Shown piece after piece: positions 50,643 through 61,535 of a DNA stretch of 64,000 nt. The stretch comes from Promethearchaeota archaeon (lineage in GTDB: Archaea; Asgardarchaeota; Lokiarchaeia; Sigyniarchaeales; SOKP01). The notes beneath the pieces are model-generated. The model was given only the letters and a program-made list of their open reading frames with translations. It did not search any database and was not told where the DNA came from. Location of the stretch: NCBI GenBank assembly GCA_030603385.1, contig JAUVXW010000005.1, forward strand, positions 64,001 to 128,000, written 5' to 3'. A program made the translations under genes and the position numbers. Within the stretch, counting starts at the first letter, position 1. Each line of letters opens with the position of its first letter.

Positions 50643-51314
50643 ATGTCAACAGAAGATAATAACTTGAATCAAAATACTGAAAATCATAGAAGAGTGCACT
50701 ATAGGCTCGTCCGTTATAAAAAAGTACCAAAAAGTTATAAAAAATTTATAAATTTATCTATCGTGATTTTCCCTGTTAGTATAATACTTGTTTTTTTAAT
50801 TTCAGGAGGAGTTTTTGAAAATATGTTTAATGAGGGGGAGCCTAATACCACCACGATCCCTGATAACCCTACTGAACCTCCCACGGAACCTTATCAGTCC
50901 GATATAACTTTAACAACAATTTATGGTCAAACAATTCGATTAGCAAATCATCAAGGCAAAGTAGTAATTATATTCTTTTTTGGCACTCACTGCCCTGGAT
51001 GTCCAGAACAATCTAGTATTTTAGCAGATATAGATAATATTTTCACTAGTAATCAATTATATATAGTTCCAATTTGTCTTGATACGACTGCTGATACATC
51101 TAATAGTGAATTAGATGATTGGTTAGAAGGATATAATCCTAATTGGCCAATTATACGGGATAATGTTCAATATACCTATGCAAGTTATTTTAATATAGCA
51201 TACAAGCCAACTGTGAAAATATTAGATAAAAACGGAAATATTGAAGCTACCATGGTGGGTCCAGCACAGGGTAGTTTCAATAATATTAAAACAGAAGTGG
51301 ATGCCTTATTATAA
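50643..51314 (+). CDS. Membrane-anchored TlpA/ResA-like thioredoxin
   Basis: TM helix, P/T linker, GKVVIIFFFGTHCPGC, PT..ILDKNG. Confidence 0.88.
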   Translation: MSTEDNNLNQNTENHRRVHYRLVRYKKVPKSYKKFINLSIVIFPVSIILVFLISGGVFENMFNEGEPNTTTIPDNPTEPPTEPYQSDITLTTIYGQTIRLANHQGKVVIIFFFGTHCPGCPEQSSILADIDNIFTSNQLYIVPICLDTTADTSNSELDDWLEGYNPNWPIIRDNVQYTYASYFNIAYKPTVKILDKNGNIEATMVGPAQGSFNNIKTEVDALL

Positions 51315-51338
51315 AAATATAACTCTTAAATTTTAAAA

Positions 51339-52061
51339 ATGATTGATCCTGGATTATTTTTCATCTCAATTGGTGGGGGAATATTGTCATTTTTAGCACC
51401 TTGTAATATTGGTACACTACCAACATTTATAGCATATATTCAAGGCCAAACAAATACAAGTAAAAAGGCAATATTCATGAGTTTGGCATTTTCGATTGGT
51501 TTTATTGCAGTATTTACTATTATTGCATCTCTATTTATTGTTATTTCGGGTTTTATACAATATATTTTTTGGATAAAAATGATATCTGGTATCGTTATAA
51601 TGTTAATGGCATTTTATCTTTTCTTCAGCAAATTTAGTAAAAAAGATCTTCAAAATTACAAACCAACACAAATTGAGGAGAAAAATTTAAAGAATATTTA
51701 TGGTATTAAACATGAAAAAAAAGAACATCAAGGAATTTTAGGTGCAATAATTCTTGGATTTTCTATGGGTTCACCTTGGATCGCCTGCATTACACCAATA
51801 TACTTATCCATCGTTACCATTGCTATGAATCAAGAAACATTTATTTTAGGATTTTTATTATTTTCTTTTTACGCGTTAGGATTAATGATACCTTATATTC
51901 TTATAGGAGCCGCATTAGGAATAATTAACCAGCGCGTAATTGTTAAATTCATTAAAATCAGTTCATGGCTACAAATAATATTTGCGCTTATATTAATTTG
52001 GATAGGAGCTGAATTTTTTCTATCAGCATTTGGTATTGGGGGGTTGTTACCTTTTATTTGA
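51339..52061 (+). CDS. ccdA: CcdA/DsbD transmembrane electron carrier
   Basis: SFLAPCNIG.LP and PWIACITP Cys pair, about 6 TM. Confidence 0.88.
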   Translation: MIDPGLFFISIGGGILSFLAPCNIGTLPTFIAYIQGQTNTSKKAIFMSLAFSIGFIAVFTIIASLFIVISGFIQYIFWIKMISGIVIMLMAFYLFFSKFSKKDLQNYKPTQIEEKNLKNIYGIKHEKKEHQGILGAIILGFSMGSPWIACITPIYLSIVTIAMNQETFILGFLLFSFYALGLMIPYILIGAALGIINQRVIVKFIKISSWLQIIFALILIWIGAEFFLSAFGIGGLLPFI

Positions 52062-52087
52062 GTTTTTAAGGTGTTCTTTTAAATATT

Positions 52088-52639
52088 AATGTTAACATAA
52101 TTATTGCTTTTGTTTCTGGATTAACTATCGGTGCTATTCCATGTATTTTATTAATGGTTAGTGCTTTTAGTAGATTACTCGTTTAAATAGAAGAAAAATT
52201 AAAATTTATAGAAATCACTATGGGGTTAATCTCTGGTCTAATCTTTGCTGATACTCGAATCTCCACATTTTTTTTATTTTTCAGTCCTCTTTTAGATGAA
52301 TTTTACTAATATAGGTATTTTTTTTCGTGTATTTTAATTTTTATAGGGATCTGGCAAATATTTGAGTATAAAAAAGAAAGAAGTACGATATTTGGAACTC
52401 CTAAAGGTAAAGAGCGTAATAAAAAACTTTATTAAAAAAATTCTGCATTATATGCTTTTCTAGTAGGAATCTTATATATTATTATCAAATTACCTTGTTT
52501 TGGAGGAGTTTATTTAGTGCCAATATATCAAATTAATACCAACGCCTCACTTTATGTATTTATCATTATTTTTTTAGTAGGTGTGTTTATTCCGATAATA
52601 ACCATTCTTATTCTTCTTAAATTTATAGAACGTAATTAA
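52088..52639 (+). pseudogene. Degraded second CcdA-like gene
   Basis: IIIAFVSGLTIGAIPCILLMV... and ...IKLPCFGGVYL... with several in-frame stops and a frameshift; boundaries approximate. Confidence 0.7.
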
Positions 52640-52826
52640 GAATCTTAAATGGAAGAATAATAATTTTAGTTGCTTTTTATTTATTAATACTTGATGATTT
52701 AATTAATATATTCTTAATTTAAAAAATGAAGATCTATGTACAAGTTAAATAAACTTAAAAAGGATATCTGGTATGGAATTTCCAAAAAAGAAATACATTT
52801 AAAATACACAGATAATATGAAGAATT

Positions 52827-53747
52827 ATGTATTTTATTGAACACCTAATTCAATTAATCAAAGAAAAAAGAAGCGTAATCTCCATGGGATTAGATCCTAG
52901 AATGGATAAGGAAGGTGAAATCCCCCAATATCTTATTAATGAAATAGATAATCCCGATAAAATAATTTTAGAATTTAATAAAACCTTAATTGATAATACT
53001 TATGAATTAATCCCTGTTATTAAACCTCAGATTGCCTTTTACGAAAAATATGAAGCTCTAAGTGCTTTAAAAGAAACAATTAAATATGCTCACAATAAAG
53101 ACCTATTAGTAATACTTGATGCAAAACGAAATGACATCGGTTCTACTTCAAAGGCTTACGCCTATTCGATGTTTAAAATTTATGGTGCAGATGCATGTAC
53201 AATAAATGCATATATAGGTATTGATGGAGTTCAACCTTTTCTTAATTATAAAGAAAAAGGAATATTTGTTCTTGTAAAGACATCAAACCCAAGTAGCTCT
53301 GATTTTCAAGATTTATTCAGTACTAAGATAATAGGTATATCTAATGATATTTCTGAATATAGATGTAGTGAGCAAATTCTAAAAAGAAACTATATCTTAA
53401 TGACTCAATTGGTTCAAGATTGGGCATCTGGTCTAGCTAAATTTTCAGATTTTACTAATCTGGGGGCCGTTGTTGGTGCAACATACCCTATAGAATTGAA
53501 AAAGATTAGAGAAATTATAAAAAATTCATTTATATTAATTCCTGGTTATGGTACCCAAGGAGCTCAAGCAAAAGACATTAAATACGGATTCTATGAAAAT
53601 GGATTAGGAGGGATAGTTAATTCTTCACGAGGAATAATTTACGCTTATAATAAGAAAGAAAAATATACTCAACATGATTTTGGTAAGGCAGCTAAAGATG
53701 AGATTATTGAAATAAATAAGATAATCAACAGAGAAATCGGTATATAA
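52827..53747 (+). CDS. pyrF: Orotidine-5'-phosphate decarboxylase
   Basis: GLDP, KPQIAFYE, DAKRNDIGST, KTSNP, VVGAT, PGYGTQG, NSSRGI. Confidence 0.95.
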   Translation: MYFIEHLIQLIKEKRSVISMGLDPRMDKEGEIPQYLINEIDNPDKIILEFNKTLIDNTYELIPVIKPQIAFYEKYEALSALKETIKYAHNKDLLVILDAKRNDIGSTSKAYAYSMFKIYGADACTINAYIGIDGVQPFLNYKEKGIFVLVKTSNPSSSDFQDLFSTKIIGISNDISEYRCSEQILKRNYILMTQLVQDWASGLAKFSDFTNLGAVVGATYPIELKKIREIIKNSFILIPGYGTQGAQAKDIKYGFYENGLGGIVNSSRGIIYAYNKKEKYTQHDFGKAAKDEIIEINKIINREIGI

Positions 53748-53762
53748 TGGAATATAGGGATT

Positions 53763-54203
53763 TTACATAACATTCCCAATATTGCTAAATATTAAAACAT
53801 TGGCTCCAATAATTGGACCCAAAATTAATAATGTTAATATGAATGAACGTGCTAACCCTGGTTTATGAATAATATTTATAAGATTTAGAACTAAAAAAGT
53901 GGAAAAAATAACGGATAATCCTATTAACCCTCCATCAGTTTCATAATAACAATCATCCCCCATACATTCCATCTCAAATAAAAACATATCGAGAAGCATG
54001 GGAGTGCTTACGAATAAGGTTACCCCATATAGGATAAGGTAACTTATAGCAACCCATTTAAAATTGGTTTTCGATTCAGCTTTAGTAATAGCTAAACCAA
54101 TCTTTAGAATAATAATACCGCCAAATATCATAATAGCAGCGATAATGAAAGGTCCAAATTTCTCCATTTCCGTTAAATTATCTTGAAAAAACATAAATAT
54201 CAA
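53763..54203 (-). CDS. Hypothetical membrane protein
   Basis: Four hydrophobic segments. Confidence 0.65.
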   Translation of the reverse strand: MIFMFFQDNLTEMEKFGPFIIAAIMIFGGIIILKIGLAITKAESKTNFKWVAISYLILYGVTLFVSTPMLLDMFLFEMECMGDDCYYETDGGLIGLSVIFSTFLVLNLINIIHKPGLARSFILTLLILGPIIGANVLIFSNIGNVM

Positions 54204-54398
54204 TTATTGATTAAATGTATTTGTAGATTTTAACAACTAAATTTATTTTTAAAATGATTTTTAACTCATAATATTATAAAAGATATAAGAAACATTTTTG
54301 ATTTAAATTTATTTAATTAAAATAGAATATTTACATTTTCAATAAATATATTATATTATAATGGAGGCAATTACAAAAATAGAAAGGTAAGATATGCA

Positions 54399-56381
54399 AT
54401 GGTAGAGACAAAAAGTGATACTATTCAAAAAGACGATGACATTCCAAGGATTGCTGTGTTTATATGCCAATGAGGTTTAAATATAGCAGAAATAATTGAC
54501 ACAAAAAAATTAGGAGAATTCACAAAAACTCTTCCGAATGTAGTTGAGGCTATAGACTATATAAGTTTGTGAACTGAGCCTGGAGCAGAGTTTATAAAGG
54601 AAAAAATGATTGAAACCAACGCAAATAGACTAGTGGTTGTTTCATGTACTCCAAAAACCCACGAACCCGTCTTTAAAAGCGTATTGGAATCAATGAATAT
54701 AGATCCATCTTATTTGGAATTTGCTAACATACGTGAGCATTCTAGCTTTGTGCATAGGCAAGATAAAATAGGTGCCCAGAAAGTTGCTGAAGACGCTACT
54801 CGATCTGCTGTCGCAAGAGCTGCAGTCTTAGAGAAGATCTTAATTAAAGAAGTTGATATAACAAAAAAAGCTCTTATAATTGGTGGAGGAGTTGCGGGAT
54901 TATCTGCGGGAATCGATTTAGCTGAAGAAGGATTCGAAGTATATTTAGTAGAGAAAAAACCTACAATAGGTGGCAAAATGGCACAATTAGATCGTACTTT
55001 TCCTACAGATGATTGTAGTATATGAATATTAGGTCCTGTTATGCTTCAAGCTGCGAGGACTCCAGGGCTGAATCTATATACATATAGTGAAGTAGAGGAT
55101 GTACAAGGATTTGTCGGGAATTTTACTGTAAAAGTTCGTAAGAGAGCACGATATGTAAATAATGACTGTAATGGTTGTGGAGCATGTTGGGAGGTATGTC
55201 CTGCTTATGGATACAATGAATTTAATGAAGGATTAGATTCAAGAAAAGCTATATATTCGGCATTTGCACAAGCAGTTCCTTCACTAGCTCAAATTGATAT
55301 GGATAGGTGTATAAAATGTGAGCTTTGTAAGGCTGCGTGTGAAGTAGATGCGATTGATTTTGATCAAAAAGATGAAATAATAGAAATAAACGTAGGATCG
55401 ATTGCTGTTGCTACTGGTTGGGACGAATTTGAGCCACCAACTGGATATTTAGGTTATAATAAATATCCAAATGTAATTACACAATTAAAACTTGAGAGAA
55501 TACTTGCACCAAATGGCCCCACTCTTGGACACCTTGTACGGCCATCAGATGGGAAAGAACCAAAAAAAATTCTATTTATTCAATGCGTAGGATCTAGAGA
55601 TTTAAATATGAATACCTACTGTAGCTCTGGTGTTTGTTGTATGATCTCAATAAAGAATAGCAAATTGATTAAACAACATTCCCCTGATGCTAATATTACT
55701 GTAGCTTATATGGATATGAGAGCAGCAGGCAAAGATTACGAAGAATATTTTACACTTTCACGAAAAGAAGGTATAAAATACATTAGAACGAATGTTAGCA
55801 GGATAAAAGAAGATCCAAAAACCCATAATCTTAAAATTGTCATGCAAAATACATTAAGCTCAGGGGGGTTAAAGGAACTAGAATTTGACATGGTTGTACT
55901 CTCAGCAGCAATGGTGCCCGCAAAAGGAGTAGAAAGTATTCAAAAACTATTAAAACTTGAGATGAGCCAAGATGGTTTTTTTAAAGAATTCCATGCGAGA
56001 TTAAATCCTATTGACACAAAAATACCGGGTATAGTCCTTTCAGGGGCGAGTCAAGGTCCAAAATCGATTGTTGAGTCTATTGCCCATGGACGAGCAGCAG
56101 CATCTTCATTAGCTCGACTTATGGGTAAAGATAAATATCGAATACTTTTAATCCGAGCGGCTGTAGAAGACAAGGATAAATGCGCAAAATGCGGGTTATG
56201 TGAATTAAATTGTCCGTATAATGCCATAACTATAAACGATGATGGTGCTGAAGTAAATGAGATACTATGCAGAGGTTGTGGGACTTGTTTGGCTAATTGC
56301 CCTTCAGAAGCAATTACCTTGAGATACTATAGAGAACCTCATTATGAAAAACAAATCGACGCAATTTTGGAGGAGATTTAG
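54399..56381 (+). CDS. hdrA: Heterodisulfide reductase subunit A, selenoprotein (660 aa; Sec at codons 25, 58, 209)
   Basis: One frame from ATG 54399 with TGA at 54471, 54570 and 55023 in CQUG, SLUTEPG, DCSIUILGP, all conserved HdrA Cys sites; GGGVAG FAD motif; multiple CxxCxxC; QCVGSRD. Confidence 0.93.
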
Positions 56382-56394
56382 AGGGGTGGATGAA

Positions 56395-56868
56395 ATGGCT
56401 AGTGAGTCAAATAATGATATTAAAATTTTAGCTTTTCTCTGTTGGAAATGAGGTTATGGAGCAGGAGATATGGCTGGAACAATTCGTGCTCAATATCCTG
56501 CAACATTAAGACCTGTCAGAATAAATTGTACGGGAAGAGTAACACCCTCTCTGATGATGAGAGCGATAGGGAAGGGAGCTGATGGTGTAGTCGTGGGTGC
56601 TTGATATCCTGGAGAATGTGATTATGAAACAGGTAATTTAGTTGCTGAGAGAAACGTACAATATGTAAAAGAAATTTTAAAAACAACAGGTATCTCTCCA
56701 GAGAGAGTACAAATGTTTCATTGCAGTGCTGCTGAAGGACAAAAATTTCAAATTGAAGCTACAAGAATTTCAGAAGTAATTAAAAATTTAGGCAATAATC
56801 CCATTAAGGATTCAAAAAAATCTAACATTAAATCTAATGATCCAGTAGTTAAGAAAAAGAAAAATTAA
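56395..56868 (+). CDS. mvhD: MvhD/VhuD/FlpD [2Fe-2S] subunit, selenoprotein (157 aa; Sec at codons 19, 70)
   Basis: FLCWKUGYGAGDMAG..., INCTGRV, GADGVVVGAUYPGECDY.TGN, SAAEG; TGA at 56449 and 56602. Confidence 0.93.
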
Positions 56869-56872
56869 ACCG

Positions 56873-56933
56873 ATTGAATGAATCTTATGAGAAAATATTA
56901 GTCATATGATGACAGACCATATTGTAATGGTTT
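56873..56933 (+). promoter_or_regulatory. Eukaryote-like SECIS element in the 3' UTR of hdrA-mvhD
   Basis: ATTGA-ATGA-ATCTTATGA-GAAAATATTAG-TCATATGAT-GA-C: AUGA/GA tandem G.A core, 9-bp helix (one U.U), A-rich loop; then AGACCAT-ATTGTA-ATGGTTT hairpin. Confidence 0.75.
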
Positions 56934-57158
56934 CGGCTAATAATAATTTTTAATAAAGTTAATATCAATTAATTTGTACTCATTTTTTCATAATTATAAT
57001 CTTATTAAAATTTCCTTTAAGAAATTTCATTTAAGAGTTAAGTAAAAAGAAATTCAATAATAATTTTTATTTAAAACATTAACCAATCCAAAAAATACTC
57101 ATTCATAAAGAAAAAAAAAAAATTGTTTTTAATTTAATAATAAAAAATCGTTAATTAT

Positions 57159-57599
57159 CTATTCTTTGCCAATAAATTTATCAACAGCAAATGCTCCAAT
57201 GCCAATAATCCCAGCGATAATAATGAAGATGCCTCCGATGGGTATTGCATCCTCTGTTGCTTCCAAAACAAGGGCTAAGATTGGAAAGATTAACATAGCA
57301 ATTCCAGATAGTATATAGATTAACCAATCCCACTTCCATTCCATACCTTTCCATGTACTAATACCTATTAAAAATAGGGCTGCAATTGACATACATGTTA
57401 AACCAAATGTCCATAATTTTAATCCATCTCCAGCCCAAGCATCTACAGGATCACCCGCATATTGTACGTAGCCATTAAGCCATCCGTAAACATCAATACC
57501 AAATGACTCGACATAACCCCATGGGACTAGTATTCCAATAAGAGCTAAAATTGCGGCTATTAAGGCATAAAGCCAAGCGTCTTTCTTAAAATCTACCAT
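57159..57599 (-). CDS. Hypothetical membrane protein
   Basis: Four TM segments. Confidence 0.7.
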   Translation of the reverse strand: MVDFKKDAWLYALIAAILALIGILVPWGYVESFGIDVYGWLNGYVQYAGDPVDAWAGDGLKLWTFGLTCMSIAALFLIGISTWKGMEWKWDWLIYILSGIAMLIFPILALVLEATEDAIPIGGIFIIIAGIIGIGAFAVDKFIGKE

Positions 57600-58173
57600 T
57601 TTTTTTTCACACTCTTTATTTAAATTATAATTGATTTTCGTAAATTATTTTGTTAATTTCTTCTTTCTTCTCAAAATATTTAAATTTTATCTAAAAAACT
57701 CCTTTATTAATTTTTCAAAATAAAATATAATAAAAGAAATCTATTCAATAAAATAATTGAATCCTTGATCTTAGCATAAATTGGTAATGATTTTAAATTG
57801 GTTTATCCAAACTTATGAATTTCTATAAAAAGATATACGAAATTTGAATATTTTCCACTTTTTTATGAGCATATTAAGGTTTTAATAAGGAGCTAATAAT
57901 AACAAAATGTAATATTAATAAAAGCAGATTATAATAAATCATATCGTTACTCTAATAACAAAATGAGAATTAATTACTCAAATATTTTCTAATTTTAAAT
58001 AAAAATTTATCATAAATCACCATCTTGTTCAGAACTTTTTAGGATTTGAATCCTATTCATAATCTAATTAAAAGTAACTAGATGTTTTTATACTTGTTCT
58101 CCCCTTATTTTAATCAAATTTCAATTTAATTGAAATTGGTATATAATCTCTAAAAAAAATAAAGTGGTTATTT

Positions 58174-58917
58174 ATGGGAGAAACTGATAAATTAGTTCGG
58201 TTTGATGAAGAAACCTCACCATCTAAATTCATTGCACTCATCGGAGTTCTATTTATGATTTTCGAAGCTATTGCTTTTTTTTATTCCTCAGACCCTGAAT
58301 CAATTTTCATACTATATGGTATTTTTGAAATATTATTCGCTGCGGTGATCTTTTTATCACTAAGTCTTATTGGTTTGTGGAAAATAAAAATACCATACTT
58401 TTGGTGGCTTTTACTTGTTTTCGGTTTACTATTAGTAATCTTTGACGTTTTTGCTGCGGATAAGGGTTTTGTATTCCGTTTTTTATTCATATTTGATTTT
58501 AACTATTTTCCTGCAATCCTAATTCTATTCGCAGGTCTATATGAATTGCTTCAACAGAAAAAGGAATGGAAAGCTTCAATGATTCTAACTCTTGTTGGTG
58601 CTGGTTTTGCTATATACGACTGTATTTTAGTATTCAGTTATTATGGAGACCCCAACTGGGGCGATAAAGATGGACAATTCTTTACATTTGCATTTTTTGG
58701 ATTAATAGCCGTAATAATTTTATTACTAACAATTCAAGATTGGGTTGATATTAAAATACCTTTTACATGGTGGGGACTTTTTGCGGTTGGATTTATCATA
58801 TTAGCTATGGTATCCCCGCTTGCGAATGTATATGGACAAAGTGAAGATTTTGCTGCAGCTGGTTTTGGTGGTGTAATTCTTTTAATCGCGTTTATATTGC
58901 ATTCAAAGGATTATTAA
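58174..58917 (+). CDS. Hypothetical membrane protein with internal duplication
   Basis: About 8 TM; repeated KIKIPYFWW / DIKIPFTWW motif. Confidence 0.7.
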   Translation: MGETDKLVRFDEETSPSKFIALIGVLFMIFEAIAFFYSSDPESIFILYGIFEILFAAVIFLSLSLIGLWKIKIPYFWWLLLVFGLLLVIFDVFAADKGFVFRFLFIFDFNYFPAILILFAGLYELLQQKKEWKASMILTLVGAGFAIYDCILVFSYYGDPNWGDKDGQFFTFAFFGLIAVIILLLTIQDWVDIKIPFTWWGLFAVGFIILAMVSPLANVYGQSEDFAAAGFGGVILLIAFILHSKDY

Positions 58918-58930
58918 ATTTATAACTAAA

Positions 58931-58943
58931 TTTTTTTTTTTTT
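58931..58943 (+). terminator. Oligo-T terminator
   Basis: T13 run after the stop codon. Confidence 0.45.
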
Positions 58944-59023
58944 AAATCGTCTAATTCTTTGCTTAATTTTTAATTTTAAAATTAATTAATAGAAATAATA
59001 TCATTTATCTTAGTGAGATTAAA

Positions 59024-60322
59024 ATGGTCAAAGACATCGAAAAACAATTCAAAAAAGCTGAGAAACTCTATAAAGCTATGCAGTATAAAAGAGCAGCAAA
59101 ACTATATGATTCTGTAGGGGATTCTTATTTAACTCTAGGCAATTTTGAACTTGCTAGAGATTGTTATTTTGATGCTGCGAAATGTTGTATGAACGAGGAT
59201 AAATATTTAATTGGAATAGATTTCTTAAGAAAAGCGGGAAATGCATCACTAATTCATAATCAGGTTTTAGAGGCCAATCAATTCTTTAGAGAAGCCGTAA
59301 AATACATCCCTAATTTAAGAAGTACTTCGGATCGAAATCATTACTTCATTTTATTCTCATGCTTATCATACCTATGTTTTTTCGTTAAAGGAGAACAAGA
59401 GGAAGGTCTAAAATTAGTTAAAAAAATAAAAAATTATGTCGATGATACTTATTTTAAAGAAAATCCATTAATTCGTCTTATTACAAATTTAACTATGGTA
59501 AGAAAAGAGAAAAATGAAAAATATGTTGAAAGAATCAAAAAAGATTTTACTAATTTAAAGTTTCGTGAAGCTGAAACCCATCTTGTAAAACAGGCATTAG
59601 TAATAGCAAAAACTTATACCTCATTAATTATCAATTTAAATTTCGATAAAGAAGTTTACACTACAAATGAACCAATTAATTTATCATTGAATATCGATAC
59701 AGAACCTTTATTAGAAATTTCAAAACAAGATTTTTATAATTATGATTTGAAAGAATTAAAAATATCTAAAATTGGGATTACACTTTCTGATAATCTAACT
59801 TCTCCGAAAAACCCCGAACTTCCAATTTTGATAGAAGTAGGTCAAAAACGGCGGATTAACCTTTTGATAAAACCTCATTTTCAAATGGAAAATCCTTTTG
59901 TTGGGCCGATTTTGATAACAGCTGAATTGAATGAGAATTTAATTTTTATGTATGAAATCTCTCAACTTTTAAAGCCAAATTTAATATCTCCTCCCCCTTC
60001 ACTAGAAATTTCCATAAAAAATTTAAGACCTCCCCTTATCGATCAAACTTTTCCACTTGAAATCCTAATTGAGAATAAAAGTCAGGGGGATGCGCTTAAT
60101 CTTAATATAGACGTTGAATTTCCCGAACAAATCAAAGTAATGAGAGGTACGTTAAAGAAACAGATATACTCACTAAGATCAAACGAAAATATCAAATGGG
60201 AAATAAACCTTAAACCCACTGAAGCAGGAGATTATATAATTAAAGTTATCAGCAAGTTTAATGATCCTGATCAGAATCTTATTGAAGATACTAAAGAATT
60301 CCCATTATCTATAAAATTGTAG
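59024..60322 (+). CDS. Hypothetical protein: N-terminal SNAP/TPR-like helical repeats + C-terminal Ig-like beta domains
   Basis: AAKLYDSVGDSY..GNFELARDCYFDAAKC repeats; C-terminal LEILIENKS.GDA.N..IDVEFP...LKPTEAGDY. Confidence 0.65.
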   Translation: MVKDIEKQFKKAEKLYKAMQYKRAAKLYDSVGDSYLTLGNFELARDCYFDAAKCCMNEDKYLIGIDFLRKAGNASLIHNQVLEANQFFREAVKYIPNLRSTSDRNHYFILFSCLSYLCFFVKGEQEEGLKLVKKIKNYVDDTYFKENPLIRLITNLTMVRKEKNEKYVERIKKDFTNLKFREAETHLVKQALVIAKTYTSLIINLNFDKEVYTTNEPINLSLNIDTEPLLEISKQDFYNYDLKELKISKIGITLSDNLTSPKNPELPILIEVGQKRRINLLIKPHFQMENPFVGPILITAELNENLIFMYEISQLLKPNLISPPPSLEISIKNLRPPLIDQTFPLEILIENKSQGDALNLNIDVEFPEQIKVMRGTLKKQIYSLRSNENIKWEINLKPTEAGDYIIKVISKFNDPDQNLIEDTKEFPLSIKL

Positions 60323-60383
60323 ATAAATTACATTAATCAATTTCTTTATTTAAGGTAAGAAGCATAAGAAAAATTTAAAAAGA

Positions 60384-61535
60384 TTATATTAATATTGGTT
60401 CTTTATGATTGTATGTTACTTTTTCACACTTGTCTTTCCCGATTATTATATCATCCTCTAATCTTATCCCCCATTCCCCTTTCCAATATAAACCCGGCTC
60501 ACTTGTGTATACCATATTTTCTACAAGCTTTAATTCATCAGATACTTTCCAACTAACTCTAGGGCCGATATCATGCGCTTCAAAACCGAGTGAATGTCCA
60601 AAACCATGAAAGAATAATTTTTCATGGTCATAACCTTTTTCTGCTAAAAATTCACGACATTTTATAGCAGGAAGATTAGCTGGAGTATTATCAACAAAAT
60701 ATTTATTTGCAATTTCTTTCGATTCATAAAGAGCAATATAAGCTTTAAGAAAATCATCAGACGGCTTTTTACCAACCCAAAGAGTCCATGTTATATCAGA
60801 ACACATTTGGTCGATTTGTAATCCTGTATCTATTAATAACACCCCTTCCTCAATTTTTTTCTCAGAAGTATTATGGTGAGGATCGGCTGAATGAGCCCCA
60901 GAACCTACGATTGCAGGAAATGATGGTCGACCTAATTTCATGTATCTACACTCTATTTCTGCTTTTACATCATTCTCACTCATTCCTCTTTTAATTAAAT
61001 CTGGGAGTGTTTCCAATATTTCAAGAGTTGCTTTACAGACATTCCGTAGATCCTTTAACTCCTCTTGACTTTTTACACTTCTCAATCCATATATGATTGG
61101 TGCTGCTGAGAAAAATTCTGTTTGTGGGGCTAGTTCTTTGACAGAAAAATAATCACCTGCCCTGATATAATCCGCAAAAGGAGTCCCTTTTTCATTAAAA
61201 ATATTTTCTCCAAAATTCAGTGCGATTCGAGGTTTGTTAATGATAGATTTTAATTTAGGTACTAATTCTTTTAATGAATTATATGATTCTACCTTTGATT
61301 TAATATTCATGCTTTCTAATGAGCGTTTGATCATTGGTGCTTCCATTTCAACAGCAAGAACTTTATGTTCACCATTTGCTGCTACATAAATGTAATGTCG
61401 AGCATGAGACCCTACTCCTAATAAAAAACGAGAATTTACATCGCTGTCCTCATTACAGATTATTAACCAACCATCTCCATTTAATTCACGTAATATTTCT
61501 TGTGCTCTTTCAAATTTATTCATATTACCAAACAC
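60384..61535 (-). CDS. M24 family Xaa-Pro peptidase
   Basis: DPHH, IDTG, SDITWT, HGFGHSLG.EAHD, EPGLY, GIRLEDD. Confidence 0.92.
   Translation of the reverse strand: MFGNMNKFERAQEILRELNGDGWLIICNEDSDVNSRFLLGVGSHARHYIYVAANGEHKVLAVEMEAPMIKRSLESMNIKSKVESYNSLKELVPKLKSIINKPRIALNFGENIFNEKGTPFADYIRAGDYFSVKELAPQTEFFSAAPIIYGLRSVKSQEELKDLRNVCKATLEILETLPDLIKRGMSENDVKAEIECRYMKLGRPSFPAIVGSGAHSADPHHNTSEKKIEEGVLLIDTGLQIDQMCSDITWTLWVGKKPSDDFLKAYIALYESKEIANKYFVDNTPANLPAIKCREFLAEKGYDHEKLFFHGFGHSLGFEAHDIGPRVSWKVSDELKLVENMVYTSEPGLYWKGEWGIRLEDDIIIGKDKCEKVTYNHKEPILI

Noticed and set aside
40258-51314. Further Sec codons in the DGC, DsrE, TusA, HesB-like or TlpA genes
   Set aside because: All redox motifs here are encoded with Cys codons in uninterrupted ORFs.
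54606-56381. hdrA as a split gene or pseudogene, as the ORF track suggests
   Set aside because: All interruptions are TGA at conserved Cys positions and a SECIS-like element follows.
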